A stretch of 64,000 bases of DNA from Planctomycetota bacterium (lineage in GTDB: Bacteria; Planctomycetota; GCA-002687715; CAIWVZ01): NCBI GenBank assembly GCA_044222185.1, contig JBGANV010000004.1:1-64000 (forward strand), in the 5' to 3' direction. This document shows positions 21,567 through 31,418 of the stretch, piece after piece (the stretch's first letter is position 1; the number at the start of each line of letters is the position of its first letter). Made by a program: the position numbers and the translations under genes. The notes under the pieces were generated by a model. The model did no database searches. It was given only the letters and a program-made list of their open reading frames with translations, and had not been told where the DNA came from.

Positions 21567-21801
21567 GACGGAATCACCTCCCGCGTCCGTCGCCGGGAGC
21601 GAAGGCGTTCATCCCGGCCCGTTGCGCAAGACGTCTGCTCGGTGGGAGGTCCCCATGTGCCGAAGTATTCCCGGCAGATGCGGATGGCCTCCACGAAGGC
21701 ACGAGGCCCGATCGCGAGTGAACGTCACGCGCTGGTCATGGGAGAGCGGCGTGGACCGGCTCGGGTGGCCCGCGACCGGGGCTCGGGTCTGACGCCGGGC
21801 G

Positions 21802-22923
21802 TCACTTCCCCTGCGGCGTGCGTGCCTTGGCGGCTTCCGCGATCCATTTCTCGAGAGCGGCGTCCAGGGCACCACCCTCGTTGCTCACGTGGCGAATGAC
21901 GCCGTCATGGTCGATCACGTAGAGCGTCGGCCACGCGCCCACGTTCCACGTCGCGGGGATCGGTCCCGCCGTTCCGGCCGGCCCAGCCCAGAAGTTGCGC
22001 CAGGTGAGTCCGTTCTCCTTCACGGCGCGCTGCGCCGTCGCGCGGTCCTTGTCACTGTTCACGCCGACGATGGCGAACGGCTTGTCCTTGAACTTTTCCA
22101 CGAGCGACCGCTCGTGCGGGTACATCTCCCGGCAGGGGCCTCACCAATGGCCCCAGAAGTCCAGGAGCACGACCTTGCCTCGATACTCCGAGAGCTTGAA
22201 GTTCTTGCCATCGAGGTCCTCGCCCTCGATGTCCGGAGCGACCATCCCGATTTGCAGGTGATCGAGCTCGTAGAGGCACCCGGCGATCTTCTTCGCGACG
22301 TACGCGTCTCCGCTTTGCTTCGCGAGGTCGGCCGCGAGCGCGAAATCGGCCTTCGCGCGTTCACGGTTTCCGGGGACGCTCGCCACGGCTTTCAGGACCA
22401 TGGCGCGGTAGAAGCATGCCTGCGTTCGGACGTTGACGTGGGGACTCTGATCGACGATGCGCGTCAGCGCGGCGACGGCCTTCTCGGTCTCGAATCCTTC
22501 GCGGTCGACCATGAGCATCACGCACAGCGGGACGGATTTCAGTCCGGGGTGCTGTACGTGGTGTTCGACGAGAGTCGCCACGGCCTCTCGCGCGCCGCCG
22601 ACTCCGTACCGACCGTGGGAGACCACCCACAGGAGGAATGGCACCGCATCCTCCGTTCCGGCGCGTTCCCTCGCCGCCGCTTCGAACCTCGGACAGAACG
22701 CGCGCGTCGGATCGTCCTTCTGCAGTGCGGCACGGAGCGCGTCGTCTTTCTTGCGCAGCGCGTCGCGCATCTTCGCGTTCCACGCGTCGTAGAGTGTCTG
22801 GTATTCCTTGTCGAGGCGCGTGAACGCATCCGAAGGCGCGCTGGTCGGGCGAGTGTCGCGTGTGTCTTGCGCGGACGCGCCGGCGACGCCGAGGGCGAGG
22901 ATCAGGACGGTGATTGCGCGCAT
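21802..22923 (-). CDS. TlpA/redoxin-family selenoprotein with UxxC motif; TGA at 22143-22141 read as selenocysteine
   Basis: The two ORFs are in frame across a single TGA: APDIEGEDLDGKNFKLSEYRGKVVLLDFWGHW-[TGA]-GPCREMYPHERSLV...WNVGAWPTLYVIDHDGVIR; signal peptide ending ASAQ. Confidence 0.85.
22099..22116 (-). promoter_or_regulatory. Candidate bacterial SECIS hairpin
   Basis: Minus strand CACGAGC-GGTC-GCTCGTG: perfect 7-bp stem with a G-first loop beginning 32 nt after the in-frame TGA. Confidence 0.65.
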
Positions 22924-23059
22924 GGCCGGAGACTACTCCCGCGATCCGCGGCGGTCAATCGGACGACCGCGCAGGTGACGACTGAAGACCGGGGGAGGTC
23001 GCGGCGTGGCGCGCTCGTGGGGCGTTTGCCGGCAGGCGCGACGCGTGCGACGATCGCGG

Positions 23060-23752
23060 ATGCACCTGCTCCTCCTCCCCGGCCGCGACGGCAGTGGCGA
23101 TCTCTTCGATCCGCTCCGAGCGGCGCTCGGCGACCGCGCCGACGTGAGGATCGCGCGCTACCGCGACGAGGTCGAACTCGACGACTACGTCCAGACCGTG
23201 CGCGGCATGCTGCCTGCGCGTGGCGGTGTCGTGCTCGCCGAATCGTTCTCCGGCCTGGTCGCGCTCGCCTTGATGGCCCGCGAACCGGAGCGGCTCTGCT
23301 GCGCCGTGCTTTGCGCTGCGTTCGCCGTCAGCCCGTTCCGCGGGCTCGCGCGCCTGGCTCCCCTGCTCCCGGCGTTCTCAGGCTCGGTGCGCCTCGTTCA
23401 TCGTGCGCTGTTGCGGCGGTTCGGATTGAACGGGGAGGCCGGAGCGACCTTGCTCGACGCGGCGACCGCTGCGCTCGCCACGAACCATGGCTCGAGGCTC
23501 AGGTCGCGCGTGGCGCTCTGCGGGCGGACGGACCTGCGGCCGCAGCTCGCTCGGATCACGTCGCCCATTCTCTACCTCAGGGCGAGCCGTGATCGAATCG
23601 TCCGAAGAGCGTCGAGCGAGGATGTCATCCGCGGGCTGCCGCGCTGCACCGTCCGAGACGTCGATGGGCCGCACCTGTTGCTGCAGACGAGGCCCCGCGA
23701 GTGCGCCGATGTCGTGGTTTCGTTCGCGTTGGCAGCGGACTGCGGAAGCTGA
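23060..23752 (+). CDS. Alpha/beta hydrolase
   Basis: LLLLPGRDGSGDLF, LAESFSG elbow, DRIV, GPHLLLQ. Confidence 0.85.
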   Translation: MHLLLLPGRDGSGDLFDPLRAALGDRADVRIARYRDEVELDDYVQTVRGMLPARGGVVLAESFSGLVALALMAREPERLCCAVLCAAFAVSPFRGLARLAPLLPAFSGSVRLVHRALLRRFGLNGEAGATLLDAATAALATNHGSRLRSRVALCGRTDLRPQLARITSPILYLRASRDRIVRRASSEDVIRGLPRCTVRDVDGPHLLLQTRPRECADVVVSFALAADCGS

Positions 23753-23902
23753 GCGAGCAGGGGTGGGTGCGGCGGGTCGCTCGCCGGATCCGCCGGACGC
23801 TCCAGTCGTCGCAGTGCATCGCGAATGCCCGTGCCTCTGCGGGGCACGCACCTGCCGCGTAGGATGCGGTGGACGGATCCAGGTCAACTTCGAGCTCCAA
23901 TC

Positions 23903-24721
23903 ATGAGCGACGGCAAACAAGACGCGGTGTTCGGCGGGTCGATCGTCGAGGTCTACGACACGGAACTCGTGCCGTTGATCTTCGAGCCCTACGCGGAGGA
24001 CCTGGTGACGCGATTGGCGACGCGGCGACCGTCGCGCGTCCTGGAGATCGCGGCCGGAACGGGGGTGGTCACCCGAGCCATGGCGAAGCGCTTGCCGCCC
24101 GCCGTCGCGATCGTGGCGACCGACCTGAACCAGGCCATGCTCGATCGTGCAAGCACCGTCGGAACCACTCGCCCCGTCGAATGGCGACAAGCCGATGCGC
24201 TCGCGCTTCCCTTCGCGGACGGGACCTTCGACGCCGTCGTCTGCCAGTTCGGCGCGATGTTCTTCGGCGATCGGCCAAAGGCGTTTGGGGAGGTTCGCCG
24301 CGTCCTGACGGCCGGCGGAGCGTTTCTCTTCAACGTGTGGGACCGTATCGAGGCGAACGAGGTCGCCGACGTCGTGAGCTCGCGACTTGCAGCCATGTTC
24401 CCCGCGGATCCCCCTCGGTTCCTCGCGCGCACTCCCTACGGCTACCACGACACCGCGGCGATCGCGCGCGACCTCTCGGCAGGCGGGTTCGCGAGGCCGC
24501 CCGTGATCAACACCGTGGCGGCGAGGAGCCGTGCGCCGTCCGCGCGATCGGCCGCTGCCGCGTTCTGCCAGGGCACTCCTCTTCGAAACGAGATCACGAC
24601 TCGTGCGGCCTCGCGACTCGACGAGGCGGTCGACGCCGTCGCGGAATCGTTGGCCGGCCGCTTCGGTCGGGGAGCGCTCGACGCCCGCATGCAGGCGCAC
24701 GTCACCGTGATCGAATCGTGA
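23903..24721 (+). CDS. Class I SAM-dependent methyltransferase (UbiE-like)
   Basis: VLEIAAGTG, TDLNQAML, ADALALPFADGTFDAVVCQFG. Confidence 0.92.
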   Translation: MSDGKQDAVFGGSIVEVYDTELVPLIFEPYAEDLVTRLATRRPSRVLEIAAGTGVVTRAMAKRLPPAVAIVATDLNQAMLDRASTVGTTRPVEWRQADALALPFADGTFDAVVCQFGAMFFGDRPKAFGEVRRVLTAGGAFLFNVWDRIEANEVADVVSSRLAAMFPADPPRFLARTPYGYHDTAAIARDLSAGGFARPPVINTVAARSRAPSARSAAAAFCQGTPLRNEITTRAASRLDEAVDAVAESLAGRFGRGALDARMQAHVTVIES

Positions 24722-24730
24722 CGTGCCGCC

Positions 24731-25909
24731 TCAGTGGGCCGCGGGGCCCCGGCCTGAGCGTTTCGCATCTCTGAGCCAGCAGAACGCCTGGCGTGCACGC
24801 GCGTGGACCGTTCCCGGCGGACCGCAGTCGAGGAAGATCCCGCGCGCATCCACCGAATCGAGACTCGCGCGAAGGGCCTCCTCCGCGGCGTCCGCGGGCG
24901 TGGCGTCGTGGCGGGCCGGGGTCGCTCGCGGCGACGGGGCTACGAATGCGGGCGTCGTGCGCGCGCCGAAGAGTCCGGCACCGATTCGCAGGATGAGCCA
25001 TCGCGCCAGCCGGAACCCCGCTTCGAGCAACTCCGCCTTCGTCGCGGGGAGTTCGGCGATCCAGCCCACGCCGTCGTCGCGCGCCATGTCCGCCGGATCG
25101 CGCATGTCGCGGCGCGGCAGGACCACGAGGAACGGGACGTTGCAGACGCGATCACCCGGAGCGGGGGACGCGATGTGACACCCGCCATCCCGGGGGCGGA
25201 TCATGAAGCTCGGCGGTGCGTGGACCACACCCTCGCCATCGAAGCGCAGCCCCCGCGCAAGGCTCTGGACGTGTTCCTTCACCTGGGCCGTGTAGGCCTG
25301 CACGGAGCGCCGCGACGATTTGATCTCCACGATGGCGACGATCACCGGGTCCGACTTGGCGTCGCGGACGACGGCGTCGGCGTCCAGGCCGCCGTCGGTC
25401 GGGGGATCAGCGGCGAGGACGAGCGCCTCCGGCCCAGCGCCCCATTTCGATCCGCCGTCCTCGCCCAGGCGATCGACCTCGAATCGGCCGCCCGGAACGA
25501 CCACGGTGGCCGTCGGAGGGCGATCTCGCGCCGTGAGGCGCTCGCAGAAGAGATCCACGATCGGACGAGCGAGCGCCTGCGCGATGCGCGATTTCCACGC
25601 CTGCGCGATCCCCGAACCGATGAAGTCGAAGGCCCCGACGACCTCCTCGTCGTTCAGTCGCGACGCGTCTTCGAACAGCCGGAACAGCATCTCGGCCTGC
25701 GGGTGGGTGCGGACGCCATCCCACGCTTCGGATGCGAGGCGGTCGAATGCGACCCATCGCGCGGCGCCGCGGTCGGCCCCGATCGCGTGCGCCGGAGGCC
25801 CGTGCTCGAGCGCCGTCGTCAGCGCGGCGGAGAACTCCGGGAAGTCGAAGATCCCGTCCAGGAAGGAGCGAAGGTCACCTCGGTCGGCCATCTGCGTGTC
25901 ATCGCTCAT
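24731..25909 (-). CDS. Hypothetical protein, possible PD-(D/E)XK nuclease-like fold
   Basis: GPEALVL...IVAIVEIKS...Y..Q..EH pattern; ATG 25909 preceded by GAGG; divergent from the bpX operon. Confidence 0.6.
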   Translation of the reverse strand: MSDDTQMADRGDLRSFLDGIFDFPEFSAALTTALEHGPPAHAIGADRGAARWVAFDRLASEAWDGVRTHPQAEMLFRLFEDASRLNDEEVVGAFDFIGSGIAQAWKSRIAQALARPIVDLFCERLTARDRPPTATVVVPGGRFEVDRLGEDGGSKWGAGPEALVLAADPPTDGGLDADAVVRDAKSDPVIVAIVEIKSSRRSVQAYTAQVKEHVQSLARGLRFDGEGVVHAPPSFMIRPRDGGCHIASPAPGDRVCNVPFLVVLPRRDMRDPADMARDDGVGWIAELPATKAELLEAGFRLARWLILRIGAGLFGARTTPAFVAPSPRATPARHDATPADAAEEALRASLDSVDARGIFLDCGPPGTVHARARQAFCWLRDAKRSGRGPAAH

Positions 25910-26146
25910 CCGGTCCTCGTGCGTCAGTACGGTCGTGAGGGCCACGGGCGGCGGGCTGCGACCGGCGTGATGCACGACGGCCGTTCCCGCGTGGTGGGCC
26001 GGGACAAGGTATGTGCGCGGGGTTTCCCCGTCGAGCCTCGGGGGCGGGTCCGGGGGCGGGAGCCGCGGGGATGCGGCGGTCGCGCCATCATCGGGCTGCT
26101 CGCTTCCGGGCCAGAACGGCGACGCGCCGGGTAACATGCCTGCCTC

Positions 26147-26806
26147 ATGGATGCAGAGGACGGGAGTCCAGCCGATACTCTCTCAGCGTTCCTCCAGGCG
26201 TTGGTGGAGGATGGCCGGGTCACCGCATCTCTCGACCCCGATCCGGCGGCCGTTGCTTGCGACGACCTGGACTCGCGCCTGGAAGCGATGGACGCGGCCT
26301 TCCGGCTCGACGCTCCGGACGACGCGCCGCCCCTCGATCTCATGGCCGCGCGTTTCGGCGCCGTCACGCTCCACGCAGCATGCCGGTTCCTCCTCGATCG
26401 CCGCGTCTCGGCCGAGATGGTGAAGGCGACACTCACCACGCCCAAGGCCATCGAGCCGACCGCGGCAGCCACATGGTCGGTCGACCTGTGCCTCCGATAT
26501 CTCCACGACGTCTTCGTCCACGCTCGAGGGTTGGCCCCGGGGGATCCACTCGTCGAGGCGCTCATCGGGCTTGCCTCGGCGTGGCCGCTTTCTGGGGTCG
26601 GAGTCCCGGTCGTGCGAGCGGGCGGTGACGATCTTCCCGAATGCCTCCGATCCGACCGATCGTTGAAGATGCTGCTCGTCGACCGCATCGTTCAGCGAGG
26701 CGATCGGCAACTGGCGTCGATTCCGTGGATCCGGGAGGCGATGGAGGCCGCGGCGGGTGCGTGGCCGGAGCTCCTTCGAAGCGTGGAGAGGTCCTGCGAT
26801 GGATGA
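26147..26806 (+). CDS. MoxR-vWA-beta-propeller ternary system, bpX4-like protein
   Basis: FLQALVEDG, WSVDLCLRYL, DPLV..L..LA.AWPLSGVG, L..L.VDRI; overlaps the MoxR start. Confidence 0.75.
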   Translation: MDAEDGSPADTLSAFLQALVEDGRVTASLDPDPAAVACDDLDSRLEAMDAAFRLDAPDDAPPLDLMAARFGAVTLHAACRFLLDRRVSAEMVKATLTTPKAIEPTAAATWSVDLCLRYLHDVFVHARGLAPGDPLVEALIGLASAWPLSGVGVPVVRAGGDDLPECLRSDRSLKMLLVDRIVQRGDRQLASIPWIREAMEAAAGAWPELLRSVERSCDG

Positions 26807-27956
26807 ACGGACTGCGAATTCCCTGGTCGTCGCCCGCCGATTGGTCGCGGACATCCTCGAGCCGATGAAGCGCGCTTTCGTCGGCAAGGACGAGATCATC
26901 GACCTTTGCGGAGTGTGTCTCGTCGGCGGAGAGAATCTCTTCCTCCTCGGACCACCCGGCACGGCGAAGAGCGCCATCATCCAGGAATTGGGCCGCCGCC
27001 TCGAAGGTCGGACCTTCGACTACCTGCTCACCCGGTTCACCGAGCCGAGCGAGCTCTTCGGGCCGTTCGACATCCGCAAGCTGCGGGAGGGCGAACTCGT
27101 CACGAACACGGAGGGGATGCTGCCCGAGGCATCGCTCGTGTTCCTCGACGAGCTCTTGAACGCCAACAGCGCGATCCTGAACAGTCTCCTCGGCGCGCTG
27201 AACGAGCGCGTCTTCCGCCGAGGGCGCGAGACGAGACCGCTTCCGATGATCATGGCCGTCGGCGCCAGCAATCGACTTCCCGAGGATGAAAGCCTGGGCG
27301 CGCTGTTCGATCGGTTCCTCCTCCGCGTCCGGTGCGACAACGTCGCCGTGGATCGCCTCGTCGAGGTTCTCGACGCCGGTTGGAAGCTCGAGCACGAGAC
27401 CGCAGGTGCGCGGCCGAGTGTGAACGTCGAGGACATTCGAGGCCTGAAGCGGATCCTCGTCGACGTCGATCTCGCGTCGGTCCGGCCTCGGATCGTCGAC
27501 CTCGTGAGGCGGCTGCGGCAGTCGGGAATCGCCGTGTCGGACCGCCGCGCCGTGAAGATGCAGCGTCTCGTCGCCGCCAGCGCCGTCCTTTGCGGCCGGC
27601 TGGCGGCGGGGGCGTCCGACCTTTGGGTCTTCCGCTACATCTGGGACACGGACGAGCAGCGCGAGATCCTCGCCGCGCTCACCGACGAGATCATCAGCAG
27701 TTCCGACGATCGCGATCCCCACCCGCGGGCTCGGCCGTCGGTGCCCGATGCCGAGGCGCTCGCCACCGACCTGGAACAGATCGGTTCGGCGTTGGCGGAG
27801 TCGCCGCGGTCGGAAACGCGGACGGCGGAGTTGCGGGATCGTCTCGCCGTCCTCGGAGCGCGCTGCCAGTGGGTCGCCGGAGACGACGCGCGCGCGTTCC
27901 TCCAGGGGACGATCGATCGGTTGTGGGCGCGACTGTCGGAGCCCGCGGCGCGATGA
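26799..27956 (+). CDS. MoxR/RavA-type AAA+ ATPase
   Basis: Walker A GPPGTAKS, YLLTRFTEPSELFGP, Walker B VFLDE, ANSAILNSLL, GASN, ALFDRF, SDRR. Confidence 0.95.
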   Translation: MDERTANSLVVARRLVADILEPMKRAFVGKDEIIDLCGVCLVGGENLFLLGPPGTAKSAIIQELGRRLEGRTFDYLLTRFTEPSELFGPFDIRKLREGELVTNTEGMLPEASLVFLDELLNANSAILNSLLGALNERVFRRGRETRPLPMIMAVGASNRLPEDESLGALFDRFLLRVRCDNVAVDRLVEVLDAGWKLEHETAGARPSVNVEDIRGLKRILVDVDLASVRPRIVDLVRRLRQSGIAVSDRRAVKMQRLVAASAVLCGRLAAGASDLWVFRYIWDTDEQREILAALTDEIISSSDDRDPHPRARPSVPDAEALATDLEQIGSALAESPRSETRTAELRDRLAVLGARCQWVAGDDARAFLQGTIDRLWARLSEPAAR

Positions 27957-28684
27957 GCGCGCCGTGGGTTGCGCGATTGCCCGCGATGCGGGCGTCGTTG
28001 GCGGCGCCGCTCCGCGTGCGACCGCACATCGTTGCGGCCGAAGTCTCACCGTGGCTCTGGCTCCGGGGAGCCGAGCTGACCGACGAACTCGAACAGGCAC
28101 TCCGGTGCATTCCCGACCTCGAACTGTTTCACCTGGGTGACGGCGATGCCCTGCTCCCGAGCGGGCGTCGCGTGCCCATCGGAAGAGTCCCATCCGGCGA
28201 CTGGAAACTGCTCCGCGCATGGCTGCCCGTGGAGACGCCGCCGACACGGATGGCGGCGGCAAGCGTCGCGCCCGTCGCGATCCGCCTCGTGCGCACCACA
28301 CAGGAGGTGCCCCCGTCGGCCTTTCTCACGACGATCGACGCGCTGACGAGCTGGGCCGCGTTTGCTCCGCTGATGCGACTCCGGCGCCTTTCGTTCGCGT
28401 GTGCCGCGGACGGGCGGTGTGTCGTGATCGGAACTCCGCTTCCACCGATCCCCGGCACTCCGTGCGTGGACTTTGGGGGCGTGATCCGACCGGCTGGATG
28501 GCGATGTGACCCGGACGTCGATCCCGCGGTCGTCGCGCAGACGTTTCGTGTCGATGGCGAGTCGCGTGTGATCCTCGACCCCGCGGGTGGGGCCGAGCGG
28601 ATCGAGGCCTCCGCCATCATCCCCCTCACGCGACGCGCGGCGCGGGCGACGCAACGTGCCTTGCGGAGTGCGGGTCGTGAATGA
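27953..28684 (+). CDS. Ternary system bpX2-like protein
   Basis: ATGA overlap with MoxR stop; WLWLRG...L..IP...F.L...GRRVP...W; AP..RL..LSFA; GTPLPPIPG. Confidence 0.7.
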   Translation: MSAPWVARLPAMRASLAAPLRVRPHIVAAEVSPWLWLRGAELTDELEQALRCIPDLELFHLGDGDALLPSGRRVPIGRVPSGDWKLLRAWLPVETPPTRMAAASVAPVAIRLVRTTQEVPPSAFLTTIDALTSWAAFAPLMRLRRLSFACAADGRCVVIGTPLPPIPGTPCVDFGGVIRPAGWRCDPDVDPAVVAQTFRVDGESRVILDPAGGAERIEASAIIPLTRRAARATQRALRSAGRE

Positions 28685-31418
28685 GTGGGAGGCAGCGGTC
28701 GGGGCACACCTCACCACGGCGCCCGGCGTCGCGTGGCGGTGGCAGGACGACGGTTCCGTCCTCGCGTGGGAGTACGACGGCACCATCGCGTTTCGTCAGG
28801 AGATCGAGGCGATCTACACGCGTGTCGGGCGCGAGCTGCGCGTCGTTCCGCCATTGGGGGCGATCGCCTTGCTCGTGGCAGCCGTGCGGGCGAATCCCCG
28901 GGGTGCGCTCGGCGGATCGCTGGTGGCACGGCTCGGTCGATCCGTCGCGAAGATCGTTCCGGTCATGCCAGCGCCGCCGCTTCCGCCGGATTCCGTCGCG
29001 GAGTGCGCCGTCGCGCTCCAACTCGTCGCGCAGGTTCCCCAGTCGTTCTGGAAGCGGATGGATGCGCTCGAGGTCCTCGCGTCCGCAGTGTTCGAGAACG
29101 CGGGCCTCGTTCCAGATGCGGCCGCCGTGGACCACCTCGTGGAGGCCTTTCGGCGCGGGATCGGTCCGAGGAATTGCCGGCCTCGCGACCCGGTGCGCGC
29201 AGGCGACGACTGGCGGCGGGCACTCGAAGCGCTGCGTCTTGGCCTCTCACGGTTCGACCCGACGACGCTCGAGCTGCGGGCCCGCACGAGCCTTCCGAGC
29301 CTGCCGGTGGCGGCGCCGATCGAACTCGCCGACGCGGGAGGCGTCCGCACCCTGATCGCGGCTCTTCGGGACGATCCCGAGCTGTCGACCATTTCGCGCA
29401 TGGCTCGGGATCTCCTGGCCGCGATCCACTGGCCGCGGGGGCTCAAGCCCTCGCGGGATCTGCCCGTGGGCGGGTATTCCGACATCAGCAATCGCGGCCC
29501 CATCGATCGTCTTCTCGTCAGCGAGCTGGCCCACGACGACGCCACGCTGGCCACGCGCATCGTGCTGCGCGAAGCGCTGTACACGCGCCGGGAGGCTCCG
29601 CGCGTCCCCCCGAAAGGTGTGCGCCTCATCCTCGTCGACTGCGGGATCCGCATGTGGGGAGCCCCTCGCGCCATTGCCGCATCCGTGGCCCTGGCGCTCG
29701 CAGCCGAGGCAGGCCCGGGGCGTCGCGCGGGGGTTTGGCGCGCCGCAGGCGCAGAGATCGTGCCCGTGGACCTCACGGCGCGCGCAGGGCTGATCGACCT
29801 CCTCGAAGCGCTGTTCCCCGACCCCCATCCCGGGCCTTCGCTCCCGGCGTTCCTCGCGCGCGTTCGCGATGCGGATGCGGCCCGCGAGGTCTTCTTGATC
29901 ACGCACGCGGCGGTGATGCGCGACCCGGCATTCGTACAGCCGCTGAGTGCCGTGCGCGCCGAGGGAGTCAACGTCGCCATGCTCTCCGACGACGGCCGCG
30001 TGACGATCGACGCCTTGTCGGCTCTCGGTTCACGGCGAGTCCACGAGTCGCTCTTGGACGTCTCGGGCATCGGGCGTGAGACTCCGGCCGCGGCGGATGC
30101 GCGCCGGGCGTTCGACGATCCGGCGATCTTCCTGTCTCAACCGTTCCCCCTGCGCGTGGCTCACGGCGTCGCGGGATCCCGCCGATTCGTCAACCGCCTC
30201 GGCACCTTCGCGCTGACCTTCGCCAATCAGCTCGTGACGTTCTGGGACCGGGACGGACTTGGTGCGCGCATCCTGGCGGAGCTTCCGCCGCGGAAGATGG
30301 GGCTCCTCATCGAGGCGACCGACAAGGGCATCGTGCACGTCGTTCGTGGTGACGGGGGCGGCCAGCCGATCGACTGGTTCATCTACGACCTGGAGTCGGG
30401 GGAGTCCACCACGCGAACCGTGGTCCATGGTCTCCACTCCGTGCGGGGAGTGTTCCGCCAGGACGGCGTCCTCTTCGTCGTCGGGCCGAATGCGGTCCGC
30501 GGATTCACGGACTTCACCGGCGACGCCGTGACGATCGACGGCCTGCCGTCGAGCGCGGAACTCGAGTGGTGGGGCTGCCGGTACTTCCGGATCGCTCAGC
30601 GCCACTTCGTCATGCGGAGCGACGAGTCACGCGCGTGGCTCGAACCGGTACAGATTCCCGTGAGTGCCGATGGATGGCCGGCGGGTACCTTCTGGCTCTT
30701 CGATCGTCGCATGACCGAAGGGCCGTCGGTCCTCACACTCGTGCCCTTCGCGGTGGGCGCACTCAGGACGGGTGAGCGCGCGCGGTTTCCAGGCAGCGAG
30801 GCACCATCCGACGTCCGCTGGATCCACGCTTCCGCGGACGGACACCGCCTGATGCTGAATGGCGACCGCGTCTACGAGATCGGCGTGGGGTTCGCGCGCG
30901 GAATCTCCCGCGGTGACCACTTCACGGCGTTGGAGCCTTCCTCGTCGTGGAAGGAGCCGGAAGGTTCGATCCTGCGGACGCTCGCGGCCATCGGAGTGAC
31001 CCGGGATGGCGACCTCGCGCTGAAGGCCGTGCGCGGGGACGAGTGGCTGATCAACGTGACCTCGAGAGCGCTGGGCGTGGACCCGCATGTCGTCCACATG
31101 CGCGAGATGCCACGCGGGTGCGGCGCAATCCGGTGGGTCCCGCTCTCGCGCGTCGTCGACCATCCGTGGATCACGGCACGCACGGCCCCGAGCGAGGCCG
31201 TCGTCGCGATGCAGGACCGTCGCGGCATGATCCACTTGCGGCGCGCCATGGGCGGCGCGCCGGAGGTGACGATCGTTCCGGTGCGAAACGCCCGCATCGC
31301 CGTGTGGTCCTCGAGCGGCGTCCTCCACGGCCCCAAGTACTTCCTCGGTGATCGGGACGGTTGTGACTCCGGCGCGGCACGCGCGTGCATCCGGGACGTC
31401 TTGGGGGGCATCGCGTGA
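28677..31418 (+). CDS. Ternary system bpX1/bpX0 plus vWA-like and beta-propeller-like protein
   Basis: WRWQDDG...GTIAFRQE; GGYSDISNRGPIDRLLVSELA...EALYTRRE; degenerate MIDAS ILVDCGIRMWG; beta-rich C-terminus ending G.IHL...G.KYF. The GTG start overlaps the upstream stop. Confidence 0.8.
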   Translation: MNEWEAAVGAHLTTAPGVAWRWQDDGSVLAWEYDGTIAFRQEIEAIYTRVGRELRVVPPLGAIALLVAAVRANPRGALGGSLVARLGRSVAKIVPVMPAPPLPPDSVAECAVALQLVAQVPQSFWKRMDALEVLASAVFENAGLVPDAAAVDHLVEAFRRGIGPRNCRPRDPVRAGDDWRRALEALRLGLSRFDPTTLELRARTSLPSLPVAAPIELADAGGVRTLIAALRDDPELSTISRMARDLLAAIHWPRGLKPSRDLPVGGYSDISNRGPIDRLLVSELAHDDATLATRIVLREALYTRREAPRVPPKGVRLILVDCGIRMWGAPRAIAASVALALAAEAGPGRRAGVWRAAGAEIVPVDLTARAGLIDLLEALFPDPHPGPSLPAFLARVRDADAAREVFLITHAAVMRDPAFVQPLSAVRAEGVNVAMLSDDGRVTIDALSALGSRRVHESLLDVSGIGRETPAAADARRAFDDPAIFLSQPFPLRVAHGVAGSRRFVNRLGTFALTFANQLVTFWDRDGLGARILAELPPRKMGLLIEATDKGIVHVVRGDGGGQPIDWFIYDLESGESTTRTVVHGLHSVRGVFRQDGVLFVVGPNAVRGFTDFTGDAVTIDGLPSSAELEWWGCRYFRIAQRHFVMRSDESRAWLEPVQIPVSADGWPAGTFWLFDRRMTEGPSVLTLVPFAVGALRTGERARFPGSEAPSDVRWIHASADGHRLMLNGDRVYEIGVGFARGISRGDHFTALEPSSSWKEPEGSILRTLAAIGVTRDGDLALKAVRGDEWLINVTSRALGVDPHVVHMREMPRGCGAIRWVPLSRVVDHPWITARTAPSEAVVAMQDRRGMIHLRRAMGGAPEVTIVPVRNARIAVWSSSGVLHGPKYFLGDRDGCDSGAARACIRDVLGGIA

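Noticed and set aside
22141-22143. Nonsense mutation or two separate genes in the TlpA locus
   Set aside because: The TGA falls exactly at the catalytic Cys position and is followed by a SECIS-like hairpin, so selenocysteine is the simpler explanation (pending sel genes).
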